From contig CADEDC010000012.1 in the NCBI GenBank assembly GCA_902825985.1, positions 29,602 to 93,601 of the forward strand: 64,000 nucleotides of DNA. Direction: 5' to 3'. The first letter of the stretch is position 1. Each line of letters begins with the position of its first letter. Positions 56,000 through 64,000 of this stretch are shown here, piece after piece. The notes under the pieces are model-generated. The model was not told the origin of the DNA, made no database searches, and worked only from the letters and a program-made list of their open reading frames with translations. The stretch comes from an uncultured Acidobacteriota bacterium. Lineage in GTDB: Bacteria; Acidobacteriota; Vicinamibacteria; Vicinamibacterales; CAVVIG01. A program made the position numbers and the translations under genes.

Positions 56000-57607
56000 A
56001 TGATGACGCACGACAGCGAGCACGACGACTCGATCTCACGCCCGGCGATGCCCGGGCGGCTGCAGCTCATGCGCACGTCTGCCGGTGTCGCCGTGCTCCT
56101 TGCCGGCCTCGCGTGGCCGACCGCCGGGATTGGCCACGACCGCCCGGCGGACTGGCCGATGATCGGGCGGGACGTCCACAACTCCCGCGCACAGCCCGAC
56201 GAGCGGCGTCTCAATCGTCGCACCGTCTCACGATTGCGGCCGCGCTGGGAGATGACCACAGCCGGCGACGTCTCCGCGACGCCGGCGGTCGTCGACGGTG
56301 CCGTCTACTTCCCCGACTGGGGCGGCCGGTTGTACAAGGTGCACGCCGACAGTGGACAGACGGTCTGGTCGCGCACCATCACGGAGTACACCGGCGTGCC
56401 CGGCGCCATCTCGCGGACGAGCCCGGCCTACGGACGTGGCCTGCTGTTCATCGGCGACCTGAATGGCAACATGATGGGCATCGACGCGAAGACCGGCGAC
56501 CTGCGGTGGCTCACCGAACTCGACCCGAACCCCAACACGATCGTCACCGCCTCGCCGGTCCTCCTCGGCCGGACGCTGTACATCGTGACCTCTTCGGCCG
56601 GCGGCGGTGTCGCGCGCGCGACCTTCCGCGGCAGCGTCGTCGCGCTCGACGCGGCGACCGGACGGATTCTGTGGCAGACCTTCATGCTGCCCGACAACGG
56701 CGGTGTCGCCGGGGGATTCGCCGGCGGCGCGTTCGTGAACTCGCCGACGATCGACACGAAGCACGGGCTCGTCATTGCCGCGGCGGGACAGCTGTACGCG
56801 CAGCCGACGCCGGTGACCGAGTGCCTGGCCGCAGCCGCTGACCAGTGGGATGAGGCCTGTTTTCCATCCGGGGCCTTCTTCAACTCGGTGGTCGCGCTGG
56901 ATCTGCGGACCGGGGCGCCGCGCTGGTCGTTCCGCGGCGCCGGTCCCGACGCGCGACGCCTTGGCTGCGGCGACACGCCGGTCGCCTGGTGTCCGGCGTG
57001 GGAGGACAACTTCAGCACGTGGGACTTCGCCGGCGCCAGCGCGAACGTGTTCGACGTCCGGATTGCCGGTCGCCGGCGGACGGTGGTCGGCATCGGGCAG
57101 AAAAGCGGCGTCTACTGGCTGTTCGATGCGCGGCGCGGGCGGCTCCTGTGGGCCACGCTGGTGGGGCACGGCGACGACCCCGGCGGCATCCAGTGGGGCA
57201 CGGCGGTCGACGAGCGGCGCATCTACGCGGCGATCGGGCACTTCCGCAACGCCGTGCCGTACACGCTGGCGTCCGGCGAGACGACGACCGGCGGATCCTG
57301 GGCCGCCCTCGACCCGGCAACCGGGCGCATCGAATGGCAGGTTGCCGATCCGCTGCTGGCGCCCGACCTCGCCGCCCTGAGCGTCGCCAACGGCGTGCTC
57401 TACGCCGGTTCGATGGCGCCGACCGGTGACCAGATGTACGCGCTCGACGCACGTGACGGCTCGATTCTCTGGCGTTTCCCGGCCGGCGGCTCGGTCGTCG
57501 CCGGCCCGGCCATCGTCGATGGGGTCGTCTACTGGGGCTCCGGCTACGCGCGAACGGGCGGCGTCGGCAACAACAAGTTCTACGCCTTCAGTGTCGATGG
57601 ACGGTGA
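56000..57607 (+). CDS. PQQ-like beta-propeller repeat protein
   Basis: AGGAGG lies upstream of the ATG. The motifs are WPMIGRDVHNSR, ATPAVVDGAVYFPDWGGRLYKVHADSGQTVW, and repeated G..lW propeller motifs up to VVAGPAIVDGVVYWGSG. Confidence 0.8.
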   Translation: MMTHDSEHDDSISRPAMPGRLQLMRTSAGVAVLLAGLAWPTAGIGHDRPADWPMIGRDVHNSRAQPDERRLNRRTVSRLRPRWEMTTAGDVSATPAVVDGAVYFPDWGGRLYKVHADSGQTVWSRTITEYTGVPGAISRTSPAYGRGLLFIGDLNGNMMGIDAKTGDLRWLTELDPNPNTIVTASPVLLGRTLYIVTSSAGGGVARATFRGSVVALDAATGRILWQTFMLPDNGGVAGGFAGGAFVNSPTIDTKHGLVIAAAGQLYAQPTPVTECLAAAADQWDEACFPSGAFFNSVVALDLRTGAPRWSFRGAGPDARRLGCGDTPVAWCPAWEDNFSTWDFAGASANVFDVRIAGRRRTVVGIGQKSGVYWLFDARRGRLLWATLVGHGDDPGGIQWGTAVDERRIYAAIGHFRNAVPYTLASGETTTGGSWAALDPATGRIEWQVADPLLAPDLAALSVANGVLYAGSMAPTGDQMYALDARDGSILWRFPAGGSVVAGPAIVDGVVYWGSGYARTGGVGNNKFYAFSVDGR

Positions 57608-57723
57608 ACGACCGCGGCGCCGGCCGGCAGCCATCGCGCCGGCCGCGCCGTGCGCGGATCACACCGGAACGCCGTGCCGCCGGCGGCGTTTCGGTCTAAG
57701 ATTCGCCCACAGGGGAGGCGGCG

Positions 57724-59712
57724 ATGACGGGATGCAGGAGGACGCTGGCAGCTGTCGGTGTCGCGTTGGCCGTTGGCGGTACGCTCGCGAGCGCGCAGCA
57801 AGGTGCGCGCGGCGGCGAGTGGCTGCGCTACGGCGGCGACGCCGGCACGACGCGCTACGCCGCGCTCGATCAGATCAACAAGGACAACGTCGGCCGGCTG
57901 CGCGTCGCGTGGCGCCGGGCGGCCGTCGATCCGGCGATCAGCTCGCGGGTGCCGGATTTCTCCTCCTCCGGCAATTTCCGCGTCACGCCGCTGATGTTCG
58001 GCGGCGTGCTGTACGCACCGAACGGCGTCGGCCTGGTCGAGGCCTTCCACCCCGGCACCGGCCGGACGATGTGGGTCCAGGAGCCGTTTCCCGACGAGGG
58101 CGCGCAGGGCCTGCGCGGCGATAGTTCGCGCGGCGTCACCTACTGGGCGAACGGCGGTGACCGCCGGCTCTTCGTGGTGCGGGGCGAGCACCTGATCGCG
58201 CTGGACCCGGCCACCGGCAAGCCAGTGCCGGCGTTCGGCGTCGGCGGACGGGTCGCCCTGCGCCCGGGGCTCGGACCGCGCGCCAGCCGCTATGCCTGGA
58301 CCGGCGCCGCCCAGGTGTGCCAGGACGTCGTCATCGTCGGTGTCGGCATCGGTGGATCGATGTCGGACCGCGCGACGAAGCGCGAAGGCGTGCCCGGCGT
58401 CGTGCAGGCGTTCGACGCCCGCACCGGCATGCCGCGCTGGAAGTTCAGCCCGATCCCGCGGCCGGGCGAGGTCGGCGCCGACACGTGGGAGAACGATTCG
58501 TGGTCGTACGCCGGCGACGCCAACTTGTGGTCGCTGATCAGCGCCGACGAGGAGCTCGGGATCGCCTACCTGCCGATGACGTCGCCGACCAGCGACATGT
58601 ACGGCGGCCACCGCCTCGGCGACAACGTCTTCGCGAACACTCTGGTGGCGGTGAAGTGCGGCACCGGCGAACGGGTCTGGCACTACCAGATCGTGCACCA
58701 CGATCTGTTCGACTACGACCTCCCCGCAGCGCCGATCCTCGCCGACATCCGCGTCGATGGCAGGCCGATCAAGGCGGTGGTGCAGCTCACGAAGCAGGCA
58801 TTCGCCTTCGTGTTCGATCGCGTCACGGGCCGACCGGTGTGGCCCATCGAGGAGCGCCCCGTGCCGGCGTCCGACGTGCCCGGGGAGCGCGCCGCGCGCA
58901 CGCAACCGTTCCCGACCAAGCCGGCGGCATTCGACCGCCAGGGGGTGAGCGTCGACGATCTCATCGACTTCACGCCGGAGCTGCGCGCCGAGGCCGTCGC
59001 GCTGCTCAAGTATTACCGCACTGGTCCGCTGTTCACCCCGCCGTCGGTGCGCGGCACCGGTCCCGACGCGCATCGCGGCACGATTCAGCTGCCCGGCTCG
59101 GTCGGCGGAGCCGATTGGCAGAGCGGCGCGTTCGACCCGGAAACCGGCGTGCTGTACGTGCAGTCGATCACCGGCCCGTTCACCGCGGACCTGGTGAAGC
59201 CGGACGGCAAGACCGACCTCAACTACGTGTCCGGCACACGCGCGTGGACCGCCGGGCCGCGCGGGCTGCCGTTGCTGAAGCCGCCGTACGGGCGGATCAC
59301 GGCCATCGACCTCAACCGCGGCGATCACCTGTGGATGACCGCCAACGGCGATGGCCCGCGCGAGCACCCGCTGCTGAAACCGTTGAATCTGCCGCCGCTC
59401 GGCAGTCCCGGCCGGAGTTCGCCCCTCGTGACCAAGACACTGCTCTTCCTCGGCGAAGGGGATCCGGTGATGTCGTCGCTCGGCTCACGACTGCGGCCTG
59501 AGATGCCGGCGTCGCTGGCGCCGGGTGCCGGCGGCAAGCGCTTCCGGGCCCTGGACAAGGCGACGGGCGCGACCCTCTGGCAAACCGAGCTGCCGTCCGG
59601 CACGACCGGGGCACCGATGACATACATGTTCGAGGGCAAGCAGTACGTCCTCGTCGCGATCGGCAGCACCGAACCTGGCGCCGCCGGGTTCGTCGCGCTG
59701 AGCCTGCCGTGA
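57724..59712 (+). CDS. PQQ-dependent dehydrogenase, copy 2 (paralog of 53766-55784)
   Basis: GEWLRYGGDAGTTRYAALDQINKDNVGRLRVAWRR, DTWENDSWSYAGDANLWS, and HHDLFDYDLPAAPILADIRVDGRPIKAVVQLTKQAFAFVFDRVTGRPVWPIEERPVP. It is colinear with copy 1. Confidence 0.9.
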   Translation: MTGCRRTLAAVGVALAVGGTLASAQQGARGGEWLRYGGDAGTTRYAALDQINKDNVGRLRVAWRRAAVDPAISSRVPDFSSSGNFRVTPLMFGGVLYAPNGVGLVEAFHPGTGRTMWVQEPFPDEGAQGLRGDSSRGVTYWANGGDRRLFVVRGEHLIALDPATGKPVPAFGVGGRVALRPGLGPRASRYAWTGAAQVCQDVVIVGVGIGGSMSDRATKREGVPGVVQAFDARTGMPRWKFSPIPRPGEVGADTWENDSWSYAGDANLWSLISADEELGIAYLPMTSPTSDMYGGHRLGDNVFANTLVAVKCGTGERVWHYQIVHHDLFDYDLPAAPILADIRVDGRPIKAVVQLTKQAFAFVFDRVTGRPVWPIEERPVPASDVPGERAARTQPFPTKPAAFDRQGVSVDDLIDFTPELRAEAVALLKYYRTGPLFTPPSVRGTGPDAHRGTIQLPGSVGGADWQSGAFDPETGVLYVQSITGPFTADLVKPDGKTDLNYVSGTRAWTAGPRGLPLLKPPYGRITAIDLNRGDHLWMTANGDGPREHPLLKPLNLPPLGSPGRSSPLVTKTLLFLGEGDPVMSSLGSRLRPEMPASLAPGAGGKRFRALDKATGATLWQTELPSGTTGAPMTYMFEGKQYVLVAIGSTEPGAAGFVALSLP

Positions 59713-59736
59713 GTCGGCGGTCATGATCGCACGCCC

Positions 59737-61149
59737 ATGCCTCTGACGCGTTGCCTCGCGCTCGTTGGCGTCACCGTCGCGCTGGCCGTCGGCCTCACCG
59801 CGCAAGCGCAGAACCCTCGCGACCGCTACAGCCCCGGTCCTGAAGCCTTCACGACCCGCGTCGTCGCGACCGGCCTCGGAAACCCATGGGAAGTCACCTG
59901 GGGACCGGACGGTTTCCTATGGGTCACCGAGCGCACCGGCTTCCGGGTGACCCGCATCAATCCAGCCGATGGCACTTCGCACGTCGCCTTGACCGTGACC
60001 GACGTCTACCAGTCCGTGGACCAGGATGGCCTGCTCGGGCTGGCGCTGCATCCCGATCTGCTGAAGGATCGCGGGCGCGATTTCGTCTACATCGCGTATG
60101 TGTACGACGCCGACCCCGGCGCCGCTGTCGTCCGCAACCTGCGCGTCCGACGCTACACCTACGACGCCGGCCATCAGACCCTGCAGGCGCCAACGGATCT
60201 GCTCGATCGCATGCCGGCCCACGATGACCATGGCGGCGGCCGTCTCGTCTACGGCCCCGACGGGATGCTGTATCTGTCACGCGGTGACCAGGGGAGCAAC
60301 TTCCTCGCGAACTACTGCATCCCGAACCGCTCCCAGGACCTCCCCACGGCTGCCGAGGTTCAGGCGCGCGACTGGTCGACGTACCAGGGCAAGATCCTGC
60401 GGTTGGCCCTCGACGGATCGATTCCCGCCGACAACCCGACGCTCAACGGCGTCCGCAGCCACGTCTACACCTCGGGCCATCGCAACCCGCAGGGGCTGGT
60501 CTTCGCTCCGGACGGCCTTTTCTACGCGGCTGAGCACGGCCCGAGCTCGGACGATGAAGTGAACCTCATCGCAAAGGGGAAGAACTACGGCTGGCCGAAC
60601 GTGGCCGGGTTCCGCGACGATCTCGGGTACGTCTACGCGAACTGGTCAGCCTCGGCGCCGGCACCGTGCCGGTCGTTGACCTTCGACAACCTGAATCCGC
60701 CCCCGACGGTGCCGCGCGCGCTGGAATCGGCATGGCAGCATCCGGATTTCGTCGCACCGCTGGTCACCTTCTTCACCGTTCCGGCGGATTACGACTTCGC
60801 GCGGCTGCGGACGGCGACGATCGCGCCGTCCGGCATCGATCTCTACACGGCGACGGCGATTCCCGGATGGAACCGGTCGCTCCTCCTGACCGGCATGCGT
60901 TCGGGGGCACTGTATCGCGTCAAGCTGGCGCCGGACGGCCGCGCCGTCGCCGGCCAGCCGCTGTCGTACTTCAAGACGACGAACCGCTATCGCGATATCG
61001 CCATCAGCCCGGACGGCCGCCGCATCTTCGTCAGCACGGACGACCACGGGGTCACGCAGGACGCCCAGGCGCAACGCACGGCCAGACTTGCGAATCCTGG
61101 TGCGATTCTGGAATTCACCTACGTTCCGCCCGCCGCCGGGGGGCGCTGA
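59737..61149 (+). CDS. PQQ-dependent soluble sugar (glucose/sorbosone) dehydrogenase family protein
   Basis: A signal peptide, then GLGNPWEVTWGPDGFLWVTERTG, GHRNPQGLVFAPDG and NLIAKGKNYGWPNVAG. Confidence 0.9.
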   Translation: MPLTRCLALVGVTVALAVGLTAQAQNPRDRYSPGPEAFTTRVVATGLGNPWEVTWGPDGFLWVTERTGFRVTRINPADGTSHVALTVTDVYQSVDQDGLLGLALHPDLLKDRGRDFVYIAYVYDADPGAAVVRNLRVRRYTYDAGHQTLQAPTDLLDRMPAHDDHGGGRLVYGPDGMLYLSRGDQGSNFLANYCIPNRSQDLPTAAEVQARDWSTYQGKILRLALDGSIPADNPTLNGVRSHVYTSGHRNPQGLVFAPDGLFYAAEHGPSSDDEVNLIAKGKNYGWPNVAGFRDDLGYVYANWSASAPAPCRSLTFDNLNPPPTVPRALESAWQHPDFVAPLVTFFTVPADYDFARLRTATIAPSGIDLYTATAIPGWNRSLLLTGMRSGALYRVKLAPDGRAVAGQPLSYFKTTNRYRDIAISPDGRRIFVSTDDHGVTQDAQAQRTARLANPGAILEFTYVPPAAGGR

Positions 61150-61207
61150 ACGGGAGCACATCCCTGATCGCGACCATTCGCGATGGCCACCAGCCGTCGC
61201 CAGGCCG

Positions 61208-62263
61208 CTACCTCGCCGGCGGCCGGTAGACCGACTCTTTCGGAAAGGCCTTGCCGGTGATGTACTGCCGGATGTCCTGCGCGACCGACGGTCCCTTCTG
61301 CAGCATCACCCAGTGATCGTCGTCCGGATAGAGCTTCACGCTCAGGTTGGTCACGTACTTGTCCAGACCGCTGAGGTGACCGGACAGAATCGCCCCGTCC
61401 TTCAGACCCCAGATGACGAGAGTGGGAAGCGTGATGATGGTGGACTTCGCGCCGGCGGTCATCGCCGCCGCCGACCAGGAGCGCGGGATCGTCGACGCCG
61501 GGTGCCGATCGTTGAAGGGTGGGTTGCGATTGTTCGCGCGATAGTAATTGAGACCGGCGGTTGTCGAGCCCGGCTGCGACCACGCGTCGATCCACATCTG
61601 GCGATCGGCTTCCGTGTAGCGGCCGGCCTTCACCTCGGCGTCGACGAAGCCGGTATGGGCGCGGCGGGTCGCCGTTTCCGTCGTCGTGCGCTCGTCGACC
61701 GGCTGCTCACCGGGGGCCAGGTAGCCGTTGAAGACGAAGAAGTAGTTGCTCGCCAGACGCTGCGCCGGGTTCTCCCGCAGTTCGCGCTCGGACAGAAATG
61801 GGTGCGCCCCATTGACGATGATCAGCTTCTCGAGCATGTCGGGGTGCATGATCGCGAACACCCACGCCACGTTGGCGCCCCAGTCATGGCCGACGAGGAT
61901 GAACTTGTTGCCCTTGCCGGCCAACTGCTCGGCGAACTGCCGCACGTCTTCGATGAGATGCGGCATCTTGTACGGCTCCAGCCCCTGCGGTCGTGACGAC
62001 AGATTGTAGCCGCGCATGTCGAGACCGACTGCGCGGTGGTCCTTGCCCATCTCGAGCATCTGGTCCTTCCACTGGTACCAGAACGACGGATAGCCGTGCA
62101 GGAACAGGACGAGCGGCCCTTCGCCGACACTCACATAGTGGAGCCGCTGGCCGTTGACATCGGCGTAGTTGTCCTTGAACGGCGCCGGGGCGGTCGCGGC
62201 GTGCGCCCGGGCCGGCAGCGCGGCCAGGAAACCGCCGATCAGGATCAGCGCAACATGTCGCAT
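61208..62263 (-). CDS. secreted alpha/beta-hydrolase (epoxide-hydrolase-like)
   Basis: The ATG at 62263 has GGAGA 6 nt upstream. The motifs are LVLFLHGYPSFWYQW and the nucleophile elbow ILVGHDWGANVAW. Confidence 0.85.
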   Translation of the reverse strand: MRHVALILIGGFLAALPARAHAATAPAPFKDNYADVNGQRLHYVSVGEGPLVLFLHGYPSFWYQWKDQMLEMGKDHRAVGLDMRGYNLSSRPQGLEPYKMPHLIEDVRQFAEQLAGKGNKFILVGHDWGANVAWVFAIMHPDMLEKLIIVNGAHPFLSERELRENPAQRLASNYFFVFNGYLAPGEQPVDERTTTETATRRAHTGFVDAEVKAGRYTEADRQMWIDAWSQPGSTTAGLNYYRANNRNPPFNDRHPASTIPRSWSAAAMTAGAKSTIITLPTLVIWGLKDGAILSGHLSGLDKYVTNLSVKLYPDDDHWVMLQKGPSVAQDIRQYITGKAFPKESVYRPPAR

Positions 62264-62347
62264 GTGTGGTCTCCAGCCCACTACTCTACACGCGCACGCC
62301 AGCGCGCGTCGGCTGGATTGGTGTGCTCGCCGTGTCGGGCGACTCGG

Positions 62348-63250
62348 CTAGCGGCCGGGGCGTTCGATGGTCAGGCCGGCGCGCCGCCAGCCGGCGAAAT
62401 GTCCGGCGATGAAGACGATGCGTGTGCGGCCGGCGGCGCGCAGAGCGGCGGCGGCCATCGACGCGCGCGGGCCGTGGCCGCAGTAGACGAACAGCTCCTC
62501 GGCCTGGCCGGCAGGCGATCCCTGGGCCGCACCGGGCACGTCGGCCAGCCGTCGCGCCACCTCGTTGAACGGAACATTCACCGCGCCCGGCACGCGACCG
62601 GCCTTGTACTCGAAGCTGGTCCGCACGTCGAGGATCAGCAGCGGCTCGCCGCGCTCGATGCGCGACCAGAGCGCTTCTGGCGTGATCGACGAGACGTCCG
62701 CGCCGCCCGCGCCGCTGCCCCACGTCAGCGTCAGCAGACCCGGTGCCCAGGCGAACGCCCACGCGAGATACTGCACGAGGTAATTGCGGTCCGCCGCGGC
62801 CGGCCGGCCCCAGACGACGTTCCGCACCAGCGCGAAGGCGATGCCGCCAAGCACGGCGGCCACGAGCCCGCGGGTCGCCACCTCGGTCCAGTTCCGGCGG
62901 TGCGGCGCCCTCAGCCAGCGCCCTTCGAGGGCCGCCAGCAGCAGCCACATGATGACCCAGGCGCCCGGGATTGCGGTGCCGTAGGTGCGCGAGTCCATCA
63001 CGACGATGAGGGCGTAGTAGGCGAGGGCGCCACCGATACCGGCGACGAACCCGATCGGCAGTCCCTGCACGAGCCGGCCGCTCGCCGCCCCGATCACGGC
63101 GCCGACCGTGGTCAGCAGCAGCGCTCCGTGGATCAGGCCGGCGGTCATCGTGTGGCGGACGCCGACCGTGTACCAGATGAAGTCGCCGAGCGTCGCCGTC
63201 GCCGCGACGAGCAGCACGCCGACCAGCGCGGTACGAGATACGGCGATCAT
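62348..63250 (-). CDS. polytopic membrane protein with a C-terminal rhodanese-like domain
   Basis: The ATG at 63250 gives MIAVSRTALVGVLLVAATATLGDFIWY, followed by about 6 TM helices. The C-terminal LILDVRTSFEYKAGRVPGAVNVPF...LFVYCGHGPRASMAA is a rhodanese active-site loop with Cys. Confidence 0.75.
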   Translation of the reverse strand: MIAVSRTALVGVLLVAATATLGDFIWYTVGVRHTMTAGLIHGALLLTTVGAVIGAASGRLVQGLPIGFVAGIGGALAYYALIVVMDSRTYGTAIPGAWVIMWLLLAALEGRWLRAPHRRNWTEVATRGLVAAVLGGIAFALVRNVVWGRPAAADRNYLVQYLAWAFAWAPGLLTLTWGSGAGGADVSSITPEALWSRIERGEPLLILDVRTSFEYKAGRVPGAVNVPFNEVARRLADVPGAAQGSPAGQAEELFVYCGHGPRASMAAAALRAAGRTRIVFIAGHFAGWRRAGLTIERPGR

Positions 63251-63305
63251 CGCTGGCGCTCCGATGTCATGGCGCTCGGAAGGATGCAGCTCATCGTAGT
63301 CTCCC

Positions 63306-63371
63306 GGGTCTCTCTCGGGTCTCTCTCGGGTCGTTCTTGGGTCGTTCTTGGGTCGCTCGCGGGTCGCGCTC
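63306..63371. repeat. 6 x 11-nt tandem repeat (GGGTC + 6 variable nt), organised as three doublets
   Basis: The copies are gggtctctctc x2, gggtcgttctt x2, then gggtcgctcgc and gggtcgcgctc, read directly from the sequence. It lies in the divergent intergenic region. Confidence 0.9.
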
Positions 63372-63399
63372 GGCTGACCGATCCGTTTGACCTCGTCCA

Positions 63400-63428
63400 T
63401 TGACCTTGTGCGGAGCGGGTGCTAGGTT
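63400..63428 (+). promoter_or_regulatory. candidate sigma-70-type promoter for the third PQQ dehydrogenase
   Basis: TTGACC (63400-63405), a 17-nt spacer, and TAGGTT (63423-63428). A second TTGACC sits at 63387-63392. The RBS GGAAGGAG is at 63451-63458. Confidence 0.35.
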
Positions 63429-63459
63429 ACGCCACACCACACCGGCTTCTGGAAGGAGC

Positions 63460-64000
63460 ATGTTGATGTCGTGCAGATCCTCGGTGCTTGCACTCGGCGC
63501 CGCCACCATCGGTATTTCGACCGCCCTGCTGGCGCAGGCGCCGGCCGGCCGGCGGCCATCGCTCGCTGCCGGCGACTGGCCCACCTACACCGCCGACATG
63601 CGCGGGACCAAGTATTCTCCGCTCGACCAGATCAACGCCAGCAACTTCCGCACGCTCGAGGTCGCCTGGCGCTACAAGACCGACCACCTCGGCCCGCGAC
63701 CCGAGTACAAGCTGGAAGGGACGCCGGTCGCCGTCAACGGCATCCTTTACACGACCGGTGGCACCCGCCGGGCAGTGGTCGCCCTGGATGGCCGGACCGG
63801 CGAACAGATCTGGGCCCACAGCATGCGTGAGGGCCGTCGCGCCGCCGTCTCGCCGCGCCAGCTGTCTGGACGCGGGGTGTCCTACTGGACCGACGGCCGC
63901 GGCGACGAGCGGGTCGTCTACGTGACGACCGGCTATCGCCTCGTCGAGCTGGACGCGAAGACCGGCTCGATGATTCAGACCTTCGGCGACAAGGGTGTCG
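63460..64000 (+). CDS. PQQ-dependent dehydrogenase, copy 3 (3' end outside window; not in the ORF track)
   Basis: My own translation from the ATG at 63460 runs open to the window end. It reads MLMSCRSSVLALGAATIGISTALLAQAPAG...GDWPTYTADMRGTKYSPLDQINASNFRTLEVAWRY...GTPVAVNGILYTTGG, the same N-terminal pattern as copies 1 and 2. Confidence 0.85.
   Translation, partial: MLMSCRSSVLALGAATIGISTALLAQAPAGRRPSLAAGDWPTYTADMRGTKYSPLDQINASNFRTLEVAWRYKTDHLGPRPEYKLEGTPVAVNGILYTTGGTRRAVVALDGRTGEQIWAHSMREGRRAAVSPRQLSGRGVSYWTDGRGDERVVYVTTGYRLVELDAKTGSMIQTFGDKGV

Noticed and set aside
63251-63400. An N-terminal extension of the rhodanese-membrane ORF. It encodes ERPKNDPRTTRERPERDP-like text across the 11-nt repeats. 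ORF 63291-63584 crosses the same repeats.
   Set aside because: The 11-nt repeat period is not a multiple of 3. The translated text is low-complexity. The ATG at 63250 begins directly with a hydrophobic TM helix. The repeat was therefore treated as non-coding.

Overview
This is a GC-rich bacterial chromosomal segment with strong GC3 bias. That bias produces many long spurious antisense ORFs in the track. I support about 55 protein-coding genes, packed tightly and often translationally coupled. I found no rRNA, tRNA, CRISPR array, transposase, integrase or phage genes. The gene repertoire suggests an Acidobacteriota-like soil bacterium: a fused membrane/spermidine-synthase/TPR protein, NHL and PD40 propellers, a sigma-54 regulator, many secreted proteins of unknown function, and several PQQ enzymes. 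That taxonomic guess is inference only.

Content from left to right:
- A propeller-type histidine kinase with a LuxR-type response regulator.
- A 620-bp gap between convergent genes that holds two tandem promoter-plus-hairpin units, which are candidate sRNAs.
- An orphan xanthine-dehydrogenase-family molybdopterin subunit in an operon with two paralogous secreted unknown proteins.
- An operon of ECF sigma factor, anti-sigma factor and TlpA, possibly continuing into a small protein and a fatty-acid desaturase. Divergent from it is a 1048-aa fusion of MA peptidase, PD40 propeller and Omp85 barrel.
- An isolated ferredoxin-nuoB-nuoI module.
- A roughly 10-kb envelope redox and sensing block. It holds a beta-barrel, a blue-copper protein, a histidine kinase and a sigma-54 response regulator. 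A canonical sigma-54 promoter follows, driving a monoheme cytochrome c lipoprotein and a second barrel. After that come a cupredoxin-like lipoprotein and RegB/RegA.
- Housekeeping-type enzymes: glycerophosphodiesterase, DUF72, and a Gfo/GMC/VOC operon.
- Ferritin next to a second desaturase.
- A PAS histidine kinase with a LuxR response regulator, followed by a stand-alone degenerate sigma-54-activator ATPase remnant.
- A six-gene, translationally coupled metal ABC uptake operon with a HupE/UreJ-like protein and two paralogous unknown membrane-anchored proteins.
- A cluster of five PQQ-type enzymes with no pqq biosynthesis genes in the window.

The most interesting candidates are the tandem sRNA-like units, the metal-uptake operon with the unknown paralogs, the sigma-54-driven cytochrome/barrel module, and the peptidase-propeller-Omp85 fusion. 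All functional calls rest on motif recognition by eye. No database search was possible.
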